Of a DNA stretch of 64,000 nucleotides, positions 37,415-45,756 are shown piece after piece. Positions within the stretch are counted from its first letter, which is position 1. Each line of letters begins with the position of its first letter. Origin of the DNA: an uncultured Lachnospiraceae bacterium (GTDB lineage Bacteria; Bacillota; Clostridia; Lachnospirales; Lachnospiraceae); assembly GCA_900316395.1 (NCBI GenBank), contig ONCT01000001.1:30087-94086 (forward strand), written 5' to 3'. The notes beneath the pieces are model-generated. The model was not told the DNA's origin, did no database searches, and saw only the letters and a program-made list of their open reading frames with translations. Position numbers and translations under genes: made by a program.

Positions 37415-37423
37415 GTTGACAAC
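37415..37423 (+). repeat. GTTGACA-palindrome family, half unit
   Basis: GTTGACAAC. It can pair with the preceding TTGTCAAC. Confidence 0.5.
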
Positions 37424-37465
37424 CAAAAAAAGAAAAGAGAAAAGATTACTAAAAGGAGGCACATT

Positions 37466-39565
37466 ATGACACAGCAAAACATACCTGAAATGTACGGTTC
37501 ACTAGTATTTGATGACAAGGTAATGAGAGCACGACTCTCAGTAGATGAGTACAATTCATTAAGGAAGACAATAGACGAGAACGCCAAGCTTGACCCTAAG
37601 ATTGCAGATGCAGTTGCCAACGAAATGCGTGAGTGGGCAGTAGAAAAAGGTGCAACACATTTTACACATTGGTTCCAACCACTTACAGGAGTAACAGCTG
37701 AAAAGCACGACAGCTTCATCTCACCTTCTCCAGATGGTGGAGTAATAATGGAGTTCTCAGGCAAGGAGCTAATTAAGGGTGAGCCAGATGCATCATCATT
37801 TCCATCAGGAGGACTTAGAGCAACATTCGAAGCAAGAGGATATACAGCATGGGACCCAACATCTTATGCATTTATCAAGGATCACACACTATGTATCCCA
37901 ACAGCATTCTGCTCATACTCAGGAGATGCGCTAGATAAGAAGACACCACTTCTTCGTTCTATGCAGGCCCTTAACGTGCAGGCTAAGCGTATCCTTAAGC
38001 TGTTTGGCAAGGAAGTAAAATACGTAAGAACAAGCGTTGGTCCAGAGCAGGAATACTTCTTAGTTGACAAGGAAATGTTCGAGAAAAGACCTGACCTTGT
38101 ATATACAGGAAGAACACTGTTCGGCGCAATGCCACCTAAGGGTCAGGAGCTTGACGACCACTACTTCGGAGTTATTAAGCCAAGAGTAAGTGCATTTATG
38201 GAGGACTTAAATGACGAATTATGGAAGCTTGGTATCTTAGCCAAGACAGAGCATAATGAGGTTGCACCAGCACAGCACGAGATGGCGCCAATCTTCTCTA
38301 CAACTAATGTGGCTACTGATAACAACCAGCTTACAATGGAGATTATGCAGAAGGTAGCAAGGAAGCATGGAATGGTTTGCCTTCTCCATGAGAAACCTTT
38401 CAAGGGAGTTAACGGTTCTGGTAAGCACAACAACTGGTCCATGGCAACAGATACAGGAACCAACCTGTTATCCCCAGGGGATACACCATCAGAGAATGCC
38501 CAGTTTTTATTATTCCTATGTTCAGTTGTTCAGGCTGTTGATGATTATCAAGACCTGCTCAGACTATCTGTTGCAACAGCAGGAAACGACCATAGACTTG
38601 GAGCTAACGAGGCGCCACCTGCAATTATTTCAGTATTCTTAGGTGATGAGCTTAGCGCTATCCTAGATGCCATTAAGAACGACAAGCCATATCATGATAA
38701 GGAGAAGGAGGTAATGAAGCTCGGCGTTCATTCTCTTCCAAGATTCTCTAAGGATACAACGGACAGGAACAGAACTTCGCCATTTGCATTTACAGGTAAC
38801 AAGTTCGAATTTAGGTCTCTAGGTTCATCTAACAGTATTGCTTGCTGTAACATTATGTTAAATGCTGCTGTAGCCGAAAGTCTCAAGCAGTACGCTGACA
38901 GATTAGAGAAAGCCAAGAACTTCGAAGATGAGCTGCATGACTTAATCAAGGAAACAATCACAGCTCATGAGAGAATTCTATTCAACGGCAATGGCTACAC
39001 TGATGAGTGGGTTAAGGAAGCTACAGTGGTTAGGGGCTTATCTAACCTTAAGACTACTGCAGATGCAATGCCACATTTGTTAGATGAGAAGAACAAAGAG
39101 ATGCTAATGGCACACAAGGTGTTCAGCGAGTCAGAGCTTAATTCAAGATGTGAGATTATGCTAGAGAACTATTGTAAGACAATCAATATCGAAGGCCTGA
39201 CAATGGTTGACATGGTAAGGAAGAATTATCTTCCTGCAATTGAAGGATATGTATATTCATTAGCCAAGAGCATGTCGACAGTTAAGTCTGTTTCACCTAA
39301 TGTAAAATGTGCATATGAGCAAAAGACATTAGAGAGATTATCATATCTTGCAGACGAGATATTAGATAAGGTAGATGCTTTAGAGGCTGCCTTAGAAGAG
39401 TTGAAAGACTACGATAACATCATCAAGACTTCTGAGGCAATTAGAGATAATGTGCTTCCTAAGATGGAAAGCTTAAGAGATTCAGTAGACGAAGCAGAGA
39501 CACTATCTAGTGAGAAGTGTTGGCCATTCCCAAGTTATGGCAAGCTACTGTTTAGTGTATATTAA
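37466..39565 (+). CDS. glnN: glutamine synthetase type III
   Basis: 699 aa, GSIII length and layout (N-terminal MYGSLVFDD..., [25 protein letters not shown] motifs). Confidence 0.85.
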   Translation: MTQQNIPEMYGSLVFDDKVMRARLSVDEYNSLRKTIDENAKLDPKIADAVANEMREWAVEKGATHFTHWFQPLTGVTAEKHDSFISPSPDGGVIMEFSGKELIKGEPDASSFPSGGLRATFEARGYTAWDPTSYAFIKDHTLCIPTAFCSYSGDALDKKTPLLRSMQALNVQAKRILKLFGKEVKYVRTSVGPEQEYFLVDKEMFEKRPDLVYTGRTLFGAMPPKGQELDDHYFGVIKPRVSAFMEDLNDELWKLGILAKTEHNEVAPAQHEMAPIFSTTNVATDNNQLTMEIMQKVARKHGMVCLLHEKPFKGVNGSGKHNNWSMATDTGTNLLSPGDTPSENAQFLLFLCSVVQAVDDYQDLLRLSVATAGNDHRLGANEAPPAIISVFLGDELSAILDAIKNDKPYHDKEKEVMKLGVHSLPRFSKDTTDRNRTSPFAFTGNKFEFRSLGSSNSIACCNIMLNAAVAESLKQYADRLEKAKNFEDELHDLIKETITAHERILFNGNGYTDEWVKEATVVRGLSNLKTTADAMPHLLDEKNKEMLMAHKVFSESELNSRCEIMLENYCKTINIEGLTMVDMVRKNYLPAIEGYVYSLAKSMSTVKSVSPNVKCAYEQKTLERLSYLADEILDKVDALEAALEELKDYDNIIKTSEAIRDNVLPKMESLRDSVDEAETLSSEKCWPFPSYGKLLFSVY

Positions 39566-39577
39566 TAGTAAATACAG

Positions 39578-39647
39578 TCATCCCACAATGGCGTGGAATA
39601 GAAGTTGGTGTAATAGACTACTTGCCAGATGTGGGATGATTTTTTTA
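39578..39647 (+). terminator. long intrinsic terminator between glnN and amt-PII
   Basis: TCATCCCACA...TGTGGGATGA outer stem plus inner UGGC/GCCA and GUGG/CUAC pairs, followed by T7. Confidence 0.8.
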
Positions 39648-39676
39648 TGGGAAATGTAGTTGGTGTAAGGAGGAAA

Positions 39677-41443
39677 ATGAAAATGATAGACACAATTTAT
39701 GAATCACTACATGGAGAAGTATTTGGAGTATGGTTTTTAATTGGAGCGGCATTAGTGTTCTGGATGCAGGCAGGATTCGCCATGGTAGAAACAGGATTTT
39801 CCAGAGCAAAGAATGCAGGTAATATCCTTATGAAGAACCTGATGGATTTTTGTATCGGATGCGTTGTATTTATCCTTATAGGATTTGGATTGTTATTCGG
39901 TGAAGATCTTGTTGGATTGATTGGTAAGCCGGGATTTGATATATTCACAGACTATGCTAATTTTGACTGGTCTAACTTTATATTCAACCTTGTGTTCTGT
40001 GCAACCACTTCAACAATCGTATCAGGAGCTATGGCTGAGAGAACCAAGTTCTTAAGCTACTGTGTATATTCAGCAGTTATATCTGCATTAATCTATCCTA
40101 TAGAGGCCCATTGGATCTGGGGAGATGGATGGTTGTCACAGATGGGATTTCATGATTTTGCAGGCTCCTGCGCAATCCACATGGTAGGAGGAATTGCGGC
40201 TATCATAGGAGCGAAGATGGTAGGACCTCGTATCGGTAAGTTTGAGAAGGATAAGGACGGAAAGGTTACCAAGATAAATGCTATTCCAGGTCACAACATT
40301 GTAATCGGTGCCTTAGGAGTATTCATTCTATGGCTTGGATGGTATGGATTTAACGGTGCAGCATGTACATCAGTTGACCAGCTATCATCAGTATTTGTTA
40401 CAACAACAATTGCACCATCAGTTGCTACAGTAGTATGTCTTGCATATACATGGATTAAGTATGGTAAGCCTGATGTATCTATGTGTCTCAACGCTTCTCT
40501 TGCAGGTCTTGTTGCAGTAACAGCAGGCTGCGATGTAGTTGATGCTCTAGGCTCAATTATTATTGGAATTGTATCAGGATTTCTTGTATGCTTCGGCGTA
40601 TGGTTACTTGATTATAAATTACACATTGATGACCCTGTAGGTGCTGTTGCAGTACATATGTTAAATGGTATATGGGGAACAATTGCAGTGGGACTATTTG
40701 CCACAACCTCAGCTCCAGGCAACGACAGCATTGAAGGATTGTTCTACGGCGGAGGATTTACACAGCTTGGTTTACAATCACTTGGCGTTGTATCAGTCGC
40801 AGCATGGGTAACTATTACTATGATAATTGTGTTCTCGATTATCAAGGCAATATTTGGACTTCGAGTTACAGAAGAGGAAGAGATAGAAGGACTTGATTCA
40901 ATGGAGCATGGTCTTACATCTGCCTACGCAGGCTTCTCAATTGTGGACGTTACAGAGAATACTATGGTGGCAAATGAGAATACTAAGCTGGGCGTTACAG
41001 AATACGAACAAGCCAGCCCTGCTCAGATTAAGGCTGCTGTTCCAGTAGAGGATACAACTACGCATTTGGCAGGAACAAGTCTCGATACTGGCATTAATAA
41101 AGTTGTTATTATTACGAAGCTGTCTCGCTACGACAAGATGAAGAGAGCTCTTAACGAGTTAGGTGTATCAGGTATTACTGTTACACAGGTAACTGGCTGC
41201 GGTATCCAGAAAGGTGCCGGCCAGATGTATCGTGGAGTTGAGATGGACATGACATTACTTCCTAAGATTAAGCTGGAGGTAGTGGTAAGCGATATTCCAG
41301 TTCAAAGCGTTATTGAAGTTGCTAAGAAGACACTTTATACAGGCAAGATTGGTGATGGTAAAGTCTTCGTATATCCTGTTAGCAAGGTTGTCAAGATTCG
41401 TACAGGTGAAGAAGGTGCGTTGGCACTTCAGGACGTTGAATAA
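39677..41443 (+). CDS. amtB: ammonium transporter fused to a C-terminal PII (GlnK-like) domain
   Basis: Amt core (FAGSCAIHMVGG, GIWGTIAVGLF). About 60-aa linker. PII domain with T-loop GAGQMYRG and GDGKVFVYPV. ATG at 39677 after GGAGG. The ORF-track start at 39629 lies inside a terminator stem. Confidence 0.85.
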   Translation: MKMIDTIYESLHGEVFGVWFLIGAALVFWMQAGFAMVETGFSRAKNAGNILMKNLMDFCIGCVVFILIGFGLLFGEDLVGLIGKPGFDIFTDYANFDWSNFIFNLVFCATTSTIVSGAMAERTKFLSYCVYSAVISALIYPIEAHWIWGDGWLSQMGFHDFAGSCAIHMVGGIAAIIGAKMVGPRIGKFEKDKDGKVTKINAIPGHNIVIGALGVFILWLGWYGFNGAACTSVDQLSSVFVTTTIAPSVATVVCLAYTWIKYGKPDVSMCLNASLAGLVAVTAGCDVVDALGSIIIGIVSGFLVCFGVWLLDYKLHIDDPVGAVAVHMLNGIWGTIAVGLFATTSAPGNDSIEGLFYGGGFTQLGLQSLGVVSVAAWVTITMIIVFSIIKAIFGLRVTEEEEIEGLDSMEHGLTSAYAGFSIVDVTENTMVANENTKLGVTEYEQASPAQIKAAVPVEDTTTHLAGTSLDTGINKVVIITKLSRYDKMKRALNELGVSGITVTQVTGCGIQKGAGQMYRGVEMDMTLLPKIKLEVVVSDIPVQSVIEVAKKTLYTGKIGDGKVFVYPVSKVVKIRTGEEGALALQDVE

Positions 41444-41463
41444 TTATTGTATTCACAGCAATT

Positions 41464-41491
41464 GGCAAAGCTCTAACTTTAGGGCTTTGTC
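41464..41491 (+). terminator. hairpin after amt-PII (weak terminator or processing site)
   Basis: GGCAAAGCTCT-aactt-AGGGCTTTGTC, with only a poor U-tract (UAAUU). Confidence 0.35.
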
Positions 41492-41514
41492 TAATTGTGC
41501 TTAAGGAGGATTAT

Positions 41515-42903
41515 ATGACATCTGAGATTATAGAAGACAAGCTTCATGAAGAGTGTGGCGTCTTCGGAATCTATGAACAGGAAGGAATAGATGTAAATAA
41601 GGATATCTATTACGGGCTAATTGCCTTGCAGCATCGTGGCCAGGAATCGGCGGGGATATCAGTGTCCGATACTACTGGTCCTATGGGAAATGTTATTACC
41701 AAGAAGGGAATGGGACTTGTTAGCGAGGTCATTAACAAGGATGCTCTTAATACACTTAAGGGCAACATAGGTGTAGGACATGTTCGTTATTCAACCAGCG
41801 GTGGCAGCACTCCCGAGAACGCTCAGCCTATTGCTATGAATTACATCAAGGGAAGTCTCGCACTTGTTCACAATGGCAATATTGTAAATGCGTCTGAGCT
41901 TAAGGAAGAACAGATGTATAGAGGGCAGGCTCATTATACGACTTCAGATTCTGAGATACTTGCTTATGAAATTATTAGTGAGCGTGTGAAGGTAACAACA
42001 ATAGAAGAAGCAGTGAAGAATGCAGCTACCAGATTGAAGGGTGGATTCGCATGTGTTATTATGAGTCCTCGTAAGCTACTTGCCATAAGAGACCCGCTAG
42101 GAATCAAGCCATTAGTTCTTGGCAAAAGGGACAATGCATATATGTTCGCATCAGAAAGTGCAGCAATAACTGCTGTAGGGGGAGAACTTATTAGAGATGT
42201 TAAGCCAGGAGAAATAATAAGTGTAACCAAGGACGGAATTGTATCAGATGAATCCCTTTGTTCTAAGCCACATGCACACTGCATATTTGAATACATATAT
42301 TTTGCAAGAGATGATTCCATAATAGATGGAATTGAAGTAAGAGAGTCAAGAAGGAAAGCAGGCACAGCGCTAGCGAGACTTGACAAAGTGGATGCAGACA
42401 TTGTATGTGGCGTGCCAGATTCTGGTCTTGCTGCAGCAGAAGGCTATTCAGAGGAATCTAAGATACCTTTTGCAATAGCATTTTATAAGAATAGTTATAT
42501 TGGAAGAAGCTTCATTAAGCCTACGAAGGAAGAGCGTAACGCTGCTGTTCATATGAAGCTAACTGTTCTTAAGTCAGTAGTTGAAGGCAAGAGTATTGTT
42601 CTTATTGATGATTCAATTGTTCGTGGAACAACTATGAAGCAGATAATTGAAATGTTAAGAAATGCCGGCGCTAAAGAGGTACATGTAAGAATAAGCTCAC
42701 CTCCATTTCTATATCCCTGCTACTACGGGACAGATGTCCCATCTTCGGGACAGCTCATTGCATCAGAGCATTCAACAGAGGAGATAAGGCAGAGTATAGG
42801 AGCAGACTCACTGGCATATCTTAGGTTGGAAGATTTCCACATCATGGTAGGCAACCTATCATTATGCAGCGCATGCTTCAACAACAATTACCCAGTAGGT
42901 TGA
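41515..42903 (+). CDS. purF: amidophosphoribosyltransferase
   Basis: Propeptide then CGVFGI Ntn nucleophile. PRPP loop VLIDDSIVRGTT. C-terminal Cys cluster. ATG at 41515 after AAGGAGG. Confidence 0.85.
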   Translation: MTSEIIEDKLHEECGVFGIYEQEGIDVNKDIYYGLIALQHRGQESAGISVSDTTGPMGNVITKKGMGLVSEVINKDALNTLKGNIGVGHVRYSTSGGSTPENAQPIAMNYIKGSLALVHNGNIVNASELKEEQMYRGQAHYTTSDSEILAYEIISERVKVTTIEEAVKNAATRLKGGFACVIMSPRKLLAIRDPLGIKPLVLGKRDNAYMFASESAAITAVGGELIRDVKPGEIISVTKDGIVSDESLCSKPHAHCIFEYIYFARDDSIIDGIEVRESRRKAGTALARLDKVDADIVCGVPDSGLAAAEGYSEESKIPFAIAFYKNSYIGRSFIKPTKEERNAAVHMKLTVLKSVVEGKSIVLIDDSIVRGTTMKQIIEMLRNAGAKEVHVRISSPPFLYPCYYGTDVPSSGQLIASEHSTEEIRQSIGADSLAYLRLEDFHIMVGNLSLCSACFNNNYPVG

Positions 42904-42923
42904 CACGGGGACTTTTTGTCAAC
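42898..42923 (+). repeat. GTTGACA-palindrome family copy containing the purF stop codon
   Basis: GGTTGACACGGGGACTTTTTGTCAAC. TGA at 42901-42903. Confidence 0.8.
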
Positions 42924-42939
42924 AATTGAAACAAATAGA

Positions 42940-43008
42940 ACACCTAAGCACCAAATACCTGCACGCTCATAAAGAAAATCGCGTCGCAGGTTTTGGCTGC
43001 TTAGGTGT
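42940..43008 (-). repeat. conserved-loop hairpin, copy A (core on the minus strand)
   Basis: Minus strand reads ACACCTAAGCAGCCAAAACCTGC-[GACGCGATTTTCTTTATGAGCGT]-GCAGGTATTTGGTGCTTAGGTGT. Confidence 0.8.
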
Positions 43009-43021
43009 ATTCCAGTAAATA

Positions 43022-43046
43022 TTTGACAAAAGGACCCCTGTCAACC
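43022..43046 (-). repeat. GTTGACA-palindrome family copy, inverted relative to 42898-42923
   Basis: Reverse complement reads GGTTGACAGGGGTCCTTTTGTCAAA. Confidence 0.8.
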
Positions 43047-43072
43047 TAGGCATAGATATAAAGGAGAATAAT

Positions 43073-45643
43073 ATGGCAGCATTTGACAGAGTAAAAAGTG
43101 GCATAGATGATTTTGACAAGGCTATAGATAATATTAGATTAGGGGATAATGTGGTATGGCGTGTCAGCAAACTATCACAGTTTAAACTTTTTATGGAGCC
43201 CTATGTTAAGCAGGCCATAGAGGACAAGCGCAACATTATATATTTTCGATTCGCGTCCCACGAACCACTAGTAGAAGACTGTGAAGATATTAAGACAATC
43301 AATGTTCCCCTCACACATAGGTTTGAAGATTTTACAGTGGCTATCCATAATTATATAGAGAAGGAAGGTTACGATGCTTTTTACGTATTTGACTGTCTCT
43401 CTGAGTTGCAGACAGCCTGGGCTACTGATCTTATGATGGGTAACTTTTTTAGGGTGACCTGTCCTTTCTTATTTATACTAGATACAGTTGCATTCTTCCC
43501 GATAATAAGAGGAAAGCATTCTGTTAGCGCAATCAACAAAATCTTAGATACAACCCAGCTTTTCTTCGATGTATTTGAGGATAAGAATAACATTTATGTA
43601 AGACCTGAGAAGGTGTGGAACAGAGAATCTGACACAATGCTTTTGCCTCATATATATGAGCCAGAGTCGGGAAGCTTTCGCCCTATCTTAGACGGTGTTA
43701 AGTCCAGCAGATTTTATCAGACCTTAGGAAGAGAGAAGCAATCTTCAATGGAGCATTACTCTGATTCCTGGGACAGATTCTTCAACAAGGCCAGACTGAA
43801 GGAAGAAAGTGGAATTGATATTGAAGATGATTTATCGAAAATGTGTGACATCATGATGACAAGAGATGAAAAGATGCGCAGGATGGTGAAGCAGCATTTT
43901 ACAGCTGATGATTATTTCGATGTAAGAAATCACATGGTCGGAACAGGAATGATTGGTGGAAAAGCATGTGGTATGCTTCTTGCCCGGGCAATTATTCGTA
44001 ACAGGCAGGAGGATATTGATGAAGTATTAGAGCCCCATGATTCCTTCTATATTGGTTCAGATATGTATTATACATATATAGTTGACAATGGATTGTGGGA
44101 TACGCGAATCAAGCAACGAACTGACGAAGGATATTTTAAGGTAGCAGATGAGTTTTCTAATAAGCTTATGAACGGAATCTTCTCTCCTACTATGGAGGAA
44201 CAGTTTGTAAGGATCATAGAATATTATGGACAGGATCCTTATATTATTCGATCCAGCAGTATATTAGAAGATGGTTTCGGTAATGCCTTTGCTGGCAAAT
44301 ACGAATCAGTATTCTGTACCAATAGAGGGACACCTCAGGAGAAGCTTGAAGAGTTCGAGCATGCCATCAAGGTTGTATATGCAAGCTCTATGAGTCTCTC
44401 AGCCCTTGACTATAGAAAAAGAAGAGGGTTAGACAAAAGGGATGAGCAGATGGCACTTCTTGTGCAAAGAGTATCAGGTTCCCATTATGGCTCATATTAT
44501 ATGCCATGCGCAGCAGGTGTTGGATATTCCTACAGCCCATACAGAATAATGAAGGATTCTGACCCGAAGGCAGGAATGCTTCGACTTGTTATGGGACTAG
44601 GAACATCAGCAGTTGACAGAACAGAAGGCTCTTATCCTAGGATAGTTAATCTTGATATGCCTAAGAAGACCTCTTATTCTTCGTCGGCAGACAAGCATAA
44701 ATTCTCTCAGGGCAAGTCAGAGGTTATTGATATGAACGAGCGTTGCCTGAAGAAATTAACTCTTGAAGACATTGAATCGGATTTGCCAGATTATTTGAAG
44801 AGAATATTATTAGAGCATGACTATGATGCAGAACTGCGTCTTCGTGAGATTGGAAGAAATCGAGAGGTGGAGTTCATATCCTGTGCAGGCCTTGTAGACA
44901 ACGATAAGCTAATGGAACAGATGAAGAGGATGCTAAGATGTATATCTGATGAGTATGATTATCCTATCGATACAGAATTTACCATTAATATATCAGATAA
45001 TGAAGAATATTCTATTGACCTCTTACAATGCAGACCTTTACAGGTTCAGAAGGCTTCAAAAGGAAGTGCAATGCCTCAGGATGTGGATGAATCCAACATC
45101 TTCTTTGAGACTGTAGGCGCATCCATGGGAATGTCCAAGGTATCGAAGCTCGATATTATTGTGTTCGTGGACCCAGTGAATTATTATAATATGCCATACA
45201 AGGAGAAGGATTTTGTGGCCAAGCTTGTAGGTAAGATTAATTGGCATTATCGTGATACTGATAAGAATATGATGTTAATTGTTCCAGGTCGTGTGGGAAC
45301 CTCCTCCCCAGAATTAGGAGTGCCAACAACATTTGCAGATATAAGTGCATATAGCATTATATGCGAGGTTGAAGAATCCAAAGCAGGCTACAATCCAGAG
45401 CTTTCCTATGGAAGCCACATTTTCCAGGACTTGGTAGAAGCTAATATACTATATACGGCAATGTTCAATAATGATAAGACACTTCACTACAATCCTGACA
45501 AGCTTGCAGCATCACATGATATTATAGACCAGTTCGAAGCAAGGGAATCGCTGCGAGATATTGTCCATGTATATGATGTATCCTCAAGAGACTTTCGTAT
45601 CTATAACGACGTCCCTAACGAACATTTATTAATAACATGTTGA
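43073..45643 (+). CDS. PEP/pyruvate-binding (PPDK_N ATP-grasp) domain protein with degenerate KaiC/RecA-like N-terminal domain
   Basis: Central MIGGKACGMLLA...IIRSSSILEDGFGNAFAGKYES is typical of PPDK_N. The N-terminal 200 aa has the KaiC-like layout but VVWRVSKLSQ sits where the P-loop would be. Confidence 0.6.
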   Translation: MAAFDRVKSGIDDFDKAIDNIRLGDNVVWRVSKLSQFKLFMEPYVKQAIEDKRNIIYFRFASHEPLVEDCEDIKTINVPLTHRFEDFTVAIHNYIEKEGYDAFYVFDCLSELQTAWATDLMMGNFFRVTCPFLFILDTVAFFPIIRGKHSVSAINKILDTTQLFFDVFEDKNNIYVRPEKVWNRESDTMLLPHIYEPESGSFRPILDGVKSSRFYQTLGREKQSSMEHYSDSWDRFFNKARLKEESGIDIEDDLSKMCDIMMTRDEKMRRMVKQHFTADDYFDVRNHMVGTGMIGGKACGMLLARAIIRNRQEDIDEVLEPHDSFYIGSDMYYTYIVDNGLWDTRIKQRTDEGYFKVADEFSNKLMNGIFSPTMEEQFVRIIEYYGQDPYIIRSSSILEDGFGNAFAGKYESVFCTNRGTPQEKLEEFEHAIKVVYASSMSLSALDYRKRRGLDKRDEQMALLVQRVSGSHYGSYYMPCAAGVGYSYSPYRIMKDSDPKAGMLRLVMGLGTSAVDRTEGSYPRIVNLDMPKKTSYSSSADKHKFSQGKSEVIDMNERCLKKLTLEDIESDLPDYLKRILLEHDYDAELRLREIGRNREVEFISCAGLVDNDKLMEQMKRMLRCISDEYDYPIDTEFTINISDNEEYSIDLLQCRPLQVQKASKGSAMPQDVDESNIFFETVGASMGMSKVSKLDIIVFVDPVNYYNMPYKEKDFVAKLVGKINWHYRDTDKNMMLIVPGRVGTSSPELGVPTTFADISAYSIICEVEESKAGYNPELSYGSHIFQDLVEANILYTAMFNNDKTLHYNPDKLAASHDIIDQFEARESLRDIVHVYDVSSRDFRIYNDVPNEHLLITC

Positions 45644-45756
45644 GACCCTGAAAAAAGCTGTCATCTTTAATTCTTTTGCGCTTAAAATGGCATTATCTTT
45701 ACTTTTTGCGCACCGCATGATAAAATAAGTAAAGATTTATAGGAGGGTGACCTATT

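Noticed and set aside
37357-37425. Possibility that the TGA inside GGTTGACA plus the downstream hairpin is a selenocysteine or read-through recoding signal
   Set aside because: Read-through would add only short, unrelated tails of 8 to 22 codons (19 at asnB, 22 at purF, 8 at the ANTAR gene). AsnB, PurF and ANTAR proteins are complete at this point. The hairpins do not resemble bacterial SECIS elements as far as I can judge.
39629-39676. N-terminal extension of the amt-PII ORF (MWDDFFMGNVVGVRRK) given by the ORF track
   Set aside because: The ATG at 39629 lies in the 3' arm and U-tract of the glnN terminator. A GGAGG RBS precedes the ATG at 39677.
42898-42923. TTGACA of the palindromic repeats acting as -35 boxes of promoters
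   Set aside because: No acceptable -10 hexamer lies 16-18 nt downstream in any copy. Real promoters in the window have TTGACA-17-TAnnnT.
42967-43170. 67-aa minus-strand ORF in the purF to PPDK_N spacer
   Set aside because: It is made of the repeat/hairpin composite plus the antisense of the next gene's start. No RBS is present.
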